NCBI GenBank assembly: GCA_051294375.1
Contig: JBJCIZ010000282.1
Coordinates: 397,083-461,082 of the forward strand
Reading direction: 5' to 3'
Source: Paraspadella gotoi
Lineage: Eukaryota; Animalia; Chaetognatha
DNA length: 64,000 nucleotides
This document shows, in pieces, positions 37,884 through 50,259 of the stretch. Under the pieces are notes generated by a model, which was given only the letters and a program-made list of their open reading frames with translations, was not told the origin of the DNA and ran no database searches. The position numbers were made by a program, and so were the translations under genes. Every line of letters begins with the position of its first letter. Position 1 is the first letter of the stretch.

Positions 37884-39230
37884 TTAATAGTATAGATTAG
37901 TTACATTTTTATACTCTCTCACCTTTGTTTCGATCATGTAATTCTTGAATCCTTGTCCGTAGGAACGAACTGTCAACGTCTGAAGACGTGCTGCATAGGT
38001 GAGCATAGTTTCATCTTTTTGCTTGTATGCAGTTTCAAGCTCGTGACGAGCTGCTTCATCCATGCTGGTTTCAAGTCGATCGTACAAGTATTCACGAACT
38101 GCTTTGTAGATGCTTGTAGGATCAGCCTCAACTGCGTTGGCAGCCAAGGTTCGTGGCACACCCTTAAGAAGTGCGATGTATTTACCAAGGAGGTACCTCT
38201 GTTTTAACCCGCACACACGGGCTTCCTCTTCAAAAGCAAACAAAAAAGCGTGAATGCTATCACTGTCCTCGAACTTTGGAAAGATTGGTCGCACTGGTGC
38301 AGCCAACATAGCTTGACGCGTCCCTCTAGGGGCAGGTGCATCGTCATCGCTGTCATCCGGATCGTCACCTGGGTCAGCAGGGGAAGAAGTGACGCCAGAT
38401 GCGGCGGCACCAGACGCGGCGGTAGCAGTAGCGCCAGAGGTTGTGGCTCTAGACGGGGCAGCGCCAGAAGCGGAGGCGCCTGAACCGGCAGCGCCAGATC
38501 CTCTGGTTGTTGGGGCATCAATTTCGTCCAAACCAGCATCAACTTCATCCTCACCAGAATCAGAAGTTGGAGTGACAAATCTTTCCTCTGGCGTGGACAC
38601 TGAAGGTGGCGTTGATGGCGCTGGAGGCGTCAATGACATGGAGGGTGTTGGCGCCGTCACTACCAAGCGCAGGGCGGCAGTAGGGAGAACTCTAGACGAG
38701 AGTTCCGAAACGGTAGTCGTAAGGTGCTGCATTCCCTGCTGCAACTGTAGCATCATCGAGAGCATCTGATGCTGTAGGATGAAGGGTGAAGATTCGCCGG
38801 CCATTACCGGAACAGGTGGCGGAGACGGCAGCATCGTGGCGGAGGGCGCTCACAACGTCGGCGGTTGCTCTTCTCCGGGAAGATGTGACTCGTCGTTCAT
38901 TTTTAATTTTTCGAAATTTTAAAGAAATAAAAATTGCGAGAAAGATTAATTGCGATAAGAGAGCGAAAACAGAGAGGGACGACAATTTTTATCTATGAAT
39001 TGTTCCAAACAGCCGGAGAAAGCGCCAGTTATGGCGTTGAAAGGCCTCGTGATGACACCAGGAAAAAAGGAGTTGAAGTGGCACTGGATCCCACCGAAAC
39101 TGTCACCACTTGTAGCATAAGGTGGCTAAGTGACTAGAGATAGAGCAGCTCCTAGCTCCTGTTGTTTTTCGTAGCATTTAGTATTTATTGAGAGAAGAAT
39201 ACATCTTTTAATTACAATTTTATATTTATA
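37884..39230 (-). mobile_element. gag: 5' part of a Ty3/Gypsy element: LTR end, PBS and truncated gag (37884-38834)
   Basis: PKFEDSDSIHAFLFAFE...LKG..R...Y..V...L..R...ARHEL....QKDETMLTYAARLQTL is a retrotransposon gag pattern. Minus strand ...GCTACA-AG-TGGTGACAG..GGTGGGAT PBS at 39088-39108. Confidence 0.75.
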
Positions 39231-39699
39231 TTACAAGATTGTACAATTATTCTTTATGGAATTTTTTTTCTTTTTGGATATATCTCTCTCTCTATCTTAA
39301 GGTTACTTCTCTCTTTTTTATATCTTTATATTTTCAGGGGTCCCGCGCATCGCCCTCAACCCTCAACCGCTGATCAATCAGATTCCTCACGCCCTTTTGA
39401 TGCAGTGTGACGCGCCTGGTCCAAAGTCTGCTTTCTCCCTCCCTCTCTTCATGTTTTCCTTAAATTCCTTTACTATTTCTTTATGACCTTTTTATTATCA
39501 ATAAACGTTTAAAACTTCAAAGAGAGAGAGAGAGAGAGACAGATAGACTGAGCAAAAGCGCGAGAGAGAGATGAAAGGGGAAGAAACGGATGTAAGAAAG
39601 AGGGGGAATGGGGAGAAGAAAGAGAAGAATACCTTACTTTCTCACACCAAGGTGTTCTACAGATCACCTCAAAACCCATTGGAAAAGTCGTCAATCATG

Positions 39700-41560
39700 T
39701 CGACACCTCCAATCAATGGGGCATCTTTGTGTGTGCCGCGACTTCCGGACGTGGCCAACTACGCCCCAGTCCTTACACCATTATACCAAGCCTTAAAAGG
39801 CAACCCCCGAGTCCTCAAATGGACCGAGAAGATGACTCAAGCCTTCAGCAAGTCGAAAGAAGCTCTAGCAAATGCAACTCTGCTTGTCCACTGTGGACGG
39901 GGCACCTCTGGCCCTGACCGTCGATGCGTCACTGACGGCCATCGGCGGCGTCCTGGAGCAGAAGATTGGTGGTCAATGGCAACCCTTAGGCTTTTTCTCA
40001 GCCCCGCTAGCTCAGAACCTGACAAAATGACCACCTTTCGACCAGGAACTCATTGCTGCACACCGCTCTGTCCGGCACTTCGAACCCTTCCTGGAAGGGC
40101 GCTACTTCATTCTGTTTTCTGACCAGACCAAGTAATCTGAGCCACACTCAATGCGTCAAACATATCAATTATCTGCCATCTCCGAATACACAACAAACAT
40201 CCAATACATTAAAGGCAAGGCCAACGTGGTAGCAGACACACTATAAGAATCATCAGCCCAGCATGCAGCGGCCCAGAACCTGAAGGATCATCAAGACCTT
40301 CAGAAATGCCCTCGTTGGTCGCAACGGTCAATGCAGTTGGCCCCCAAGGCATCGATTTTGCCGCTTTAGTCGGCAACCAAAGTTCCGACAAGGAGATCCA
40401 GCGACTCCTGGCGGACGCCCACACCACCCTGTGATTCAAGATAGTTTGCCAGAACGACTTTGATATCATCTGCGATGTCAGTTCAGGCAGGGCGTGCCCC
40501 TTGGTTCCCACAACATGGCGCCGTTGAGTTTATGATGCCATCCACAACCTAGCTCACCCGAGCGTCAGATGCACAAAAAAGCTGGTAATAAAAAGATTTG
40601 TTTGGCCAAAAGCCGCGTCAGACGTGGCAAAATGGGCTCAGGCCTGCCTTGAATGCCAGTGCAGCAAGGTACAACGACACACCCAGGCTCCACTACAACC
40701 TTTCGAAGCACCATCGAGGCGTTTCGAACACATTCACATTGACTTGGTGGGTCCCTTGCCCACCTCAGGCGGTTACACGTACCTTTTAACCTGTGTAGAC
40801 CGTTTTTCTCATTGGCCTGAAGCATATCCTCTTCGGAATATCTCCGCAGTAACCGTAGCAACAGCCTTCCTTCAGAACTGGATCGCCAGATTCGGTGTAC
40901 CAGCCACAGTCACTTCCAACCGTGGAACACAATTCACTTCTGAATTGTAGCATCAGCTGAGCCAAGCTATAGGCAACAGACTCAACACCACCACAGCTTA
41001 CCACCCGCAGGCGAACGGGATGGTCGAACGGTTTCACCGTACCATGATAGCATCATTAAAAGCGCGTTGTGATGCATCCAGCGCAAATTGGTTCAATCAA
41101 CTACCCTGGGTCTTATTAGGACTCAGGTCCACACCAAAAGAAGACCTACAAGCATCACCAGCATAACTTGTATTCGGAGATACAATAGCAATCCCAGGCG
41201 AACTGGTAATAGGTACACAGCCAACAAGAGCAAATGCCCAAAATGAGCTGCAAAACATGAGACACGATGTTGCATTGTTCAGACCAGTAGTTCCTAATTA
41301 GAACTCAAACTCACCTGTTCATCTTCCTCACAGCAAACTGGATTTTTGTGCTCCGCGGCCAACAGGGTTACTCGCTAGCTACGCCCTACTTGGGCCCTTA
41401 CAAAGTAGTCTCAAGAGATGACAAGACCTTCACAGTGAACATCCCCGGCTGAGGACAAGAGAAGATCTCCATCGACAGGATCAAGCCAGCAACAACAGAA
41501 CCGGATGTCCAACCAACACCTCCAGCAGCCCCAAGAAGAGGACGATCACCAGCAGCAATA
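39700..41560 (+). pseudogene. pol: Ty3/Gypsy pol remnant (RT end, RNase H, integrase), CsRN1-like
   Basis: LKWTEKMTQAFSKSKEALANATLL; CLECQCSK; FEHIHIDLVGPLPTSGGYTYLLTCVDRFSHWPEAYP...WIARFGVP...RGTQFTS; TTAYHPQANGMVERFHRT. Multiple stops. Confidence 0.9.
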
Positions 41561-42109
41561 GACGATTTGTTTCCTAGGGGGGAAGGTCAAACAAATAATA
41601 GAAAAAGAGTTAGCCCAGTGGCCGACTCCACTCATTCCCAACATTTATATCCTCAGGCGACCCAACCTCAACAGCAACGTCAACAAGAACCTCCACAGCA
41701 ACAGCAACAATGCCCACCAAGACAATGATCCACTCAATAGCCAACACGACTCCAACCTCAGAAACAAACACGTGCAAGACAATACCATCGTCTGGGTTTT
41801 GAAGGACTAGATATATATTGTATTAGATGTTTAAGATCTATCAGTCATTCGCAAGATGCATGATTGTTAGATAACCGGTTATCAGCACTATCACCAAGTC
41901 ATCACCAGTTGGTCACTGTTACGATTAATCACAACTTGCCTAACAGCAAGTAATCATCAACAGCTGGTTATTTTCACCATTTAACCAAGCTTGCCTAACA
42001 GCAAGCAATCATCATAACACTTTGACCAAACAAATCATCTTTCCTATCTCCCTAATTCTTTTTTGTACAATTTTTTCTTTTTTTTTGAGAAGAGATATAT
42101 GTAAATATT

Positions 42110-42529
42110 TGTAGAAGACAAACCCCTTTTTAGTGGGTCCCCTCAATTGTTTCTCCTTGACCTTATTGTTTACCAAAATATTCCCCCAAGGAGGAACAAT
42201 ATTGTAAAGTACTTTGCTCCTTAACTAGTAGTACAAGTCACCTCAACTGTAAATAGGGTCAGTACGAACCCCTAAGGTCCAAACCCTTCCTCTCTCCTCT
42301 TTCTCCGAGCCGGTCTATTCCACACGGTCACTTTGCCCTAGCTTTGGCAATGACCTTAGATTGACTGGACACAGTAATAGGGCCGAGGCGACCGTAAGGT
42401 CAAGTTGGTCCGGGCAATGATAAAAGTGGATCAGGAGAGAGCTTGTCTCACTTCTTTTCTACTTCTCTTACATCGTCACAATTTGTCACCTTCTCCTCAC
42501 TTTTATTATTACTATTTTCATCTTCTACA
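42110..42529. mobile_element. Solo LTR
   Basis: Termini TGTAGAAGA...TCTTCTACA (9-bp inverted); flanks ATATT/ATGTT (5-bp TSD with one mismatch). Confidence 0.7.
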
Positions 42530-42554
42530 ATGTTTTTCATTATTTTGTTTTTAG

Positions 42555-43186
42555 TTTTATCGAAGACTTACCATCAAGGATAAATCTGTTTGCATGCCTT
42601 GTAAACGAGGAAGTTATCAGCCAATAAATGGAGGATTTGCTTGTCTTTCTTGTCCTCCTGGAACATATACTGACAAATCAAAAAGCACAAAATGTAATAA
42701 AAAATGTTCAAAAGGATCTCGTACTAATTCCTTAATTGGAGCAGATGGCTGTCTTAAGTGTCCACCAGGAACTTACAGTGATAAAGATGGTTTAAACACT
42801 TGTTATGCATGTGAACCTGGAAGTAGAGCAAAGAATGAAGGTTCAACTTCTTGTGAACCATGTAGGAAAAATTGGTTTATGGATTTGTATGGCCAAAAGC
42901 ATTGTGCAGCTTGTGCAGTTGGATGCTCCAGCAAAGCTGGAGCTGAACGCTGTGTCTCAAAATATCAAACAGATCAATTAACTGGCTGTGTGGACAGATT
43001 TTTAAATGTTAAAGACTCAGAACCTAAAGGTTCGCGTAAAAAAGATGAGTATAACTCAAAAGAAGTCAAACTTGCTTTATGGGAATATGCATCTTATTTG
43101 CCAAATTTCTTAAGAAGTGATTCTCCAGATACAATGACATGGGAGAACTTTAAAAAGCTGAGTCGCGAAGGAGGAGATATAAAAAA
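42555..43186 (+). CDS. Coding exon with GCC2/GCC3 Cys-rich repeats
   Basis: CMPCKRGSYQ, CLSCPPGTYT, CLKCPPGTYS repeats. Acceptor TTTTAG|42555, donor |GTAAGT at 43187, frame open throughout. Confidence 0.85.
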
Positions 43187-43403
43187 GTAAGTCTTTTTAA
43201 TAAATACTTACATATGTAGTAGAGTGATGTGAAAATAATTGGATTTCATAATACCACTCATTGTCAAGGCATATCTTAACTGATCAATATAAAATTTAAA
43301 CACATAAATTACTTTAATATATTCTACTCAACTAATTTTTAAAATTAATGAAATAACCATTGGTTTGCAAATGACAGCATTTTTTTTCCGGCGCTTGTAA
43401 AAT

Positions 43404-45120
43404 TGTTACCATGTATATTTGCTATATCTGCTCCAGGATGTGATGGGGGAGCATCTGGGATAGTGTTGGTAACGTGACTCGTGGCCCTCAAAAGATGACG
43501 GATAGAGAGCTGAACTATGCATAGTCTGTCTAATTAGTTTTTTGAAGTAACCTGAAATAATTGTAGATTGCCCAAGTTGTAAAATGTAATTTAAACCATG
43601 ACAAAATATTGCTTCTTAATCCCTTGAAATCTAAAAATGGAATGCACTTAATTCTCTGCCTCCTTCCTGTCTCTCTTCCTTTGTTTATCTAATTCACTAA
43701 ATGTTTACAAAATAGGAGCCGAGCTCTGAGAATCTACAAGATATTAAACTTTGAGACTAAGAATATTTAGAGAGACAAAATTTGAATGAAAGTTAATTAC
43801 TAAATTGGAGGCTAATTAAAATATTACTAACATCTCCCCCCCAAAATAAATTTTGTAACAGGCAGGTAAATAAACAAGCTAACAATGAGTACAAATGATC
43901 ACATGTAAAGCACTAGCACAAATAATCACAATAGTTATGACAGTATTACAATTGATCACATATAGCTAAATATAGGAAAAGTAAATCAAGTATGAAAATA
44001 AATCGACGCTGCATTTAATATAAAAATCGTGGCAAAGTATAAAATGTTTTGAGAAAAAATCGAACTGTCGGCCAAACAGTTGGGAAAAAGTTACAATTAG
44101 TCAATTTTATTTTGGATCCCACACAAAACATAAACAAACGCTTCACAAAACATTCTCACGCAATATCTTGATCGTTCATCATTCGGATCTATTTTCGATA
44201 TCTCATCAAATCTTATCGCTTCGATTTAAATCGATCTGATTGGTTCGTTCAATCGTCCAAAATAAACTCATCTCGCTCTTCCTACTCCCGAGTTCGAAAT
44301 GGTAAGTGTGACGGATAAGTTCAGTATCCTCTACGAAAGTGCGTAAATTATAACTAAGAATTTGTTTTCATATTAATTCGAATAAAACTAAATTTTAATT
44401 TCGATAATAAAATTTATATTTCATCTAAACAAAATGATTTTCGTAATTGCTCTTTTGTTTTTAAAAGGCCTTTCGGAGACGAGCTCAGACGTGCTGAGCC
44501 CAGAGGAAGGGCTCGCAGTGCTGTGCCGGCAGCCTCAGTTAGAATTGGTTTGTTGATATGGTTGTTGGAACGATTTCTTGTTCTGTCTATTAGCGAGCAA
44601 GCTCGGACATGTCATTGCCATGTCAGTGAAGTTTCCGCCTTCAATGAAACGTGATTTAACAACATGCAGTCTCCTGCCAGAATAACCTCTTGTGGTGGTG
44701 GGGATTTTTATGTCTTCAAAGCCCTGTTCGACCCTGTCTAGGAAATTGATGGGATCCTCATTATGCATGCGGCCTAATGTGTGGAAGTGGTTGTAAGGGG
44801 TGAGGTAGCAATGTTCATAATCACAAGATTCTAAAACCTCAAAAACTCCTTTTACAGTAAGTTTTCTCCTATTGAGTCCCTGATAGGCGACTTGTCTCAA
44901 AAACTTTGTCCCATAGAAGGCTTTCGATGCGTGATTAAAAAGCTCTCCCGCAACCTTATTGTCTTTGTGTCCCTTGTAGATAAAGGCATTTATGTTGTTA
45001 CGAAATCATAATCAATATATCTCAAGGAAATCCAAGCTTCTCTACTTTCTCCCCGATGCTCTTTTATTTCTATTTTACTAACGCAAGGAAATTCTATTTC
45101 TCCGGCGATCATAGCGACAT
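43404..45120 (-). mobile_element. LTR retrotransposon remnant: degenerate gag-like region, PPT and 3' LTR (43404-43832)
   Basis: LTR termini TGTTA...TAACA preceded on the minus strand by GGGGGGGAGA. ORF 44535-44900 (NEDPINFLDRV...KSRFIEG) is gag-like. Confidence 0.55.
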
Positions 45121-47739
45121 CTCTAGTTTCGAATTTGTATCATAGTATATATACTTAAGTACAGTTCTCCGAGAGGCAACGCATGGCTGATTCTGATTGG
45201 TTCCCGCGATTTCGATAGATTTCAGGCTCGATTTCTATCGACGTGTAACTTCTCAGATCTTGTTCAGTCTTGTAATGCGTTTTCTATACTTTTCAAAGAT
45301 AAATTCGCTATTTAGATATCTCGGAAACTTCTTTTTTAAGAAACTAGTGATCGCTGGATTGGTGGACTTACCTTGTGATAGAGGCAACCATTCTAGAAAT
45401 TTGGCTTCAGAAACAAGTAAGATAGATTCTTTAAACTTTATATATATTTGCTGAGAGGGTGAAGCGGCTAAGAGAGAGAGAGAGAGGGAGAGCGACGGAG
45501 ATATCAATAGAGAGAGCGAAGAGATACGAGAGGAGAGAAACGACGAGCAGAGAGATGAGAGACGGATAGAGAGAGTAGAGGGAGAGCGACAGAGATAGAA
45601 CGGAGAAGAAAGAAGAAGAAAGACGGAAATATCCGATGGAACTAAATCACGTGACCTCGGGAGGCAGGGACGCCGGCGCGGCGCGCTGCTGGGGCACGGC
45701 GCTGATGTGGAACCATAGGCAGCTGTTGGGCCGCTCGTCAGGTGCTTCGCTCGGGCGCGTCAGGCGCGTCGTCAGCTGTGGAAAACGAGGTCACCGTGTG
45801 ATCAGTGGAGGAACGGAGGAACGGAGGAAGCTATAAAAGGAAGGAGGAAAGAAAGAGGGTCATTCCCAACTTTTGTCAACTCCACGAAGACAGAGCTGCG
45901 CTCTGTTGTACATTAAATGGGAATAATGTGTAACTCTGTACTGAAGTCTCTCTCTTGNNNNNNNNNNNNNNNNNNNNNNNNNNNNNNNNNNNNNNNNNNN
46001 NNNNNNNNNNNNNNNNNNNNNNNNNNNNNNNNNNNNNNNNNNNNNNNNNNNNNNNNNGGTTGATACCTCATAGGAGAGGCTAATTTTTAATTTTATTTTT
46101 TTATTTAATTATTTTTATGCAGTCCCTGGAGGATTGTATGTCAAAAAAAACGCGTTTTTTAAAAAATTCCTTTTAAAATAGTTTCCGAGAATATGGTCAT
46201 TAAACGTCAGCCTTGAAAGGCAAAATTTATCATAATAACATTTTCAAAGTTTCTCTAAGATTTTTTTGTCGCGCTCAGTACTAACTAATTTAAAAAAAAT
46301 AGAAAACGTTTCTGTTGAGGAAGGGGAAGTCGCGTAGATCTTCTTCCCCTCCCTTTTTTTCGCTCCTCCTCATTTTCGATCGGAATTTTCACATTTTTAG
46401 ATTCACTCCCGCTTTTCTCCCTTTTACGGCAAGACCTATTCTCTGTTCCTCTGTACATTTATTTTCGGTTCGTCTTTTTTTTCACAATATACGCTTATAC
46501 CTTTATTCGAGTTTTTCTTTTAGTTAGAGACTTATTTCAGGGTGGCGCTCAATGTGGAGACTTGTTCTCTACCACGAACTGCCCTGGATCTTTTCTATCA
46601 AAGAATTCACCGAAAATATCTTTTTTTAGCTTTTTTCTATCAAAAAGTCACCTAAAATATCTTTTTTCCCTAATTCAACTTCGAAACTTTTATTCTCTTT
46701 TCGACTTCGAACTTTCTTTCATCTTCCGACTTTAGGATTTTTTTTCCTCTTTTTTCTTCCTTTGTCTCTCTTTCGCCGACTCGAATCTTCCACACTCCAG
46801 TTATCTCCCACCCAAAAATTGAAAGAAAAGAAGGGGAGTAGCGACAGGGAAGAGGGCCACTTAATCAAATTTTTCCCTTCTGGAGACGCAGAGCCAGGTC
46901 GTCAAAGCAGAGGACACGGCTCTTTGAAACCCCGGAGACGAAGAAACCGGAGTGGAAAAGGAGAGGAGACTCTGCTTTTAGCAGCCCCGGAAAAAGGCCG
47001 GACCAGAGCGGACAAAGAAGAGGGGACACTGCTCAGAGCAGCCCCGGAAAAAGACCGAACCGGAGCGAACAAAGAAGAGGGCAGCCCCGGAGACAAACGA
47101 ACCAGAGTGGAGAAGACGTCAGGCCGACCGGAAGCGATCCAGGGAGACGAGGAGGCTGACCGGATATGACCAAAGGGCCCGAGGAGACCGGATTAGGAGC
47201 AACGGGGCCCGTTGAACGCGGCATGGGAGACAAACTTCTCCGCAAACAACTAAAAGAGGTTGTGATTGTTTTTTGGATTGAACTAAATTTGTTTTCCAAG
47301 CTTGACAACGGAACCCTTTGAACCGGAAAACATCAATCCAAAAGGTGAGTCTGATCGATGATTGATTGATTAATTGATTAATTGATTGATTGATTAGCTA
47401 ATTGACCGATTGATTTTATTGATTAATGTATTGATTTATTGATTTGATTAGCTGATTTAGTGATTGATTATTCGATGAATTTATGATTGATTAATTGTTA
47501 TTTTGTTTGCTTTGGTGCCGTCCTTCTCTGTTCAAAGTCTACTTAGGCAAGATATTTCAAATTCACTCATTTTTTTAACGAAAAATTTTTTGATCAAATT
47601 TTGTCTAAAGGAATTTCTTAATTTTACGAATTAAACTTTCCGTCTAAGTAACTTTGCAATTCATTAAATACTGATTGATTGATTCGAACTTCCCCTTGCT
47701 CTCTTTAATTGAAATTTTTTCTTTATTTCATATTGAACG

Positions 47740-49890
47740 ATGTCTTTCGCTGAACTCAAGGAGGAATACATGCGCATCAACATGAATGATTTAACTCCCG
47801 AAGGATTACATGACGCCGTTGACACCCTTTGTGGATTGATCGATCGCTATCTACAAGCCGAAACTCCTGAAGCCATCACTGCTATTGAAGAAATGAAATT
47901 TCTGGTCAATCAAAAGATTGGCCAAATTAGGATGATTCAAGGTAGCTATCCCAAGGGATCCATCCAACGCGGGATGCTTGATAAGAGCGTCAACATGGCT
48001 AACATCACAGTCCGTAAACGCCGTAATGTATCACCTCCCGAGAGAACCGAAGTGAATGAAGAGCAAAGAGAGAATGATGATGCTGAGACGGCACCGAAAG
48101 AAACGCATGATGCCACCGAGGAAGCTGAAGCATTGATTGATGGGTACTTTGACGCCATGAATGATGTCCAACAGAATGATGTTTCTGAAGATGAAGACTC
48201 CGGCCCTGAGTACGAGATACAAGGCCCATCCAGACAAGAGAGATGTCATGGGACGACCAAACGTTCCGTAACTTTGAACAAGTGGCACAAGAGCTCACTC
48301 TCATCAAGAAGAAAAGAAGAAACAAAAGAAAGATATAAATCAGGAAATCGAAAAAAGAAAAATAGAAAGGAAAAAGAGATGGAAAAAGAGATGCTCCAGA
48401 TGAATGAAATCAGAAGAACAAGGCTATGAAGAAATATCGACGAAGAAATTGAAAGAAAGCTCAATTATATAATGAAGCTGCACCGTACTTGGGACAACAA
48501 ACTACTAGCACCATCAAAAGGAGCCGGATTTCCTCTTCAGAGAATGATTTGAGAAATGAAGTGAATGAATTGAAAAGAATGATTAGGAATTTGCAAGGTC
48601 GTTATCATGTGCAGAAACGACCTTCAACGAGACAAGATCCACCCAAGACAGAGCCATCACCGAAATACAAGATTACTGCATCAATCATGAAGTCGAAAAT
48701 AAAGAAACAGGAAAAGAAGATTTGCCAATTGGAAAGATCAGTCAAGGAATTACCAAACAACTGGAAAGAGAAAGGAACAGAAGAATAAATTTTGGATTTA
48801 CTACAAATGAATCTGCTCCAATAAATCCAACTGCTGCTCCAACCACTGCTGCCGCACCTCCTCCGGCTCCAACACCAATTACAGCAGCACCTCCTTTAGA
48901 TGACTCCAATATGGGAATTATGGATCAAGCAACAGAAGAAGAAAAAGATCACCTACGAAAAAGGGGCCTACGCAAAGCAAAAGAAAAAGGTCACCATGGA
49001 TAACGCCGCCATCGACGTCAACAGGCCATCCAGAACGTCAACGGCGGGGGTAAAATGAAGGTCAAGTCTTCAAGGATCACCCAAGGATCCCCACCAGCAT
49101 CTTCTCGTGCATCTCGAAAGGTGAATGTTGAAGAGACGAATGTTGTTTTGAATCATATTAGCGAATGATAGATGCCTTTGATAAGCATTGCCTAGAAACC
49201 TGTTCAACTTTTAAGAAACTTTTCAAAGGATGGAAAGAATGATGTAATGAAAAGAAAATGGTTTGTGCTTTAGATGTTTAGAAAAGAACCACATAGCAAA
49301 ACAATGCACTCAACCTAGAGAGGCTTGTATGGTCTGCTATGGGCCTCATCATACTATTATGCATGCTACGGGTTTCACTCCAGCTTTACCCCAGGCAGAG
49401 CCCAACGACGTATGCCAGAGTGGTTGCAACATCCCCAGCTCAACTTCAATAGGCCAACACCGAGAAATAAAAACCTCAACATGACGACGCTCACTGCTGT
49501 TGCTGCAAGGACGCCGCCGTTGCCAAACAACTCGTCGACATGACCGGCTACAGAGCCTCCAGCACTGTTGATGTGAATGATTTTATAGCAATTAGCCCCG
49601 CTGATATTCTCTATCCTGGCATAGACTGGTTCACGACCAGTAGTCATTCCACCCGAGTCATGGTAAAATCACGAGGACTGGTTGATGAATTTTGGAAAAG
49701 ATGGAGAGACGATTACATTTTAACTCTCCAAGCTAGAGAAAAATGGCAGAAAACTGAACCGAATGTTAAAATTGATCAATTAGTTTTGATTGTTGATGAA
49801 AATCTACCGAGAGATGAATGGAAACTCGGCAGAATTGAACGAGTGGATGATGAATTAGGTCACGTGAGAAGAGTGATTGAATGCGATTGA
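47740..49890 (+). mobile_element. BEL/Pao LTR retrotransposon, internally deleted
   Basis: Gag Zn knuckle CFRCLEKNHIAKQC...CMVCYGPHHTIMH and DUF5641-type FWKRWRDDYILTLQAREKW...LVLIVDENLPRDEWKLGRI. Confidence 0.85.
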
Positions 49891-50259
49891 TATTTGATGT
49901 TCATTTATTGAACAAAGTGAAAATGAGAATGTTTATGTTTGAATGAATAGATTAAAAGAATGGAAAATCTTGACAAAAAAGGAAAATGAAATATTTAAAA
50001 TCACAAAACTAATATACCTATCAATACTTAAATTAACAAATAAAACTTAAGATTCTAGTTAATGACTAGACTCATATAAAATAAACAACATATATTGAAA
50101 TCCATATTTACTTAATTGTTAAAACAATTATAACCATTAGATAATAAAATATAATAGCCCCCTTTATCCTAAAGACATCACTAAAAATATATAATAACTA
50201 CTAATCTTTGTCCCTTTTGTTTATTTTTCATGAAAACGAGCGACTTCAAACGATCAACA

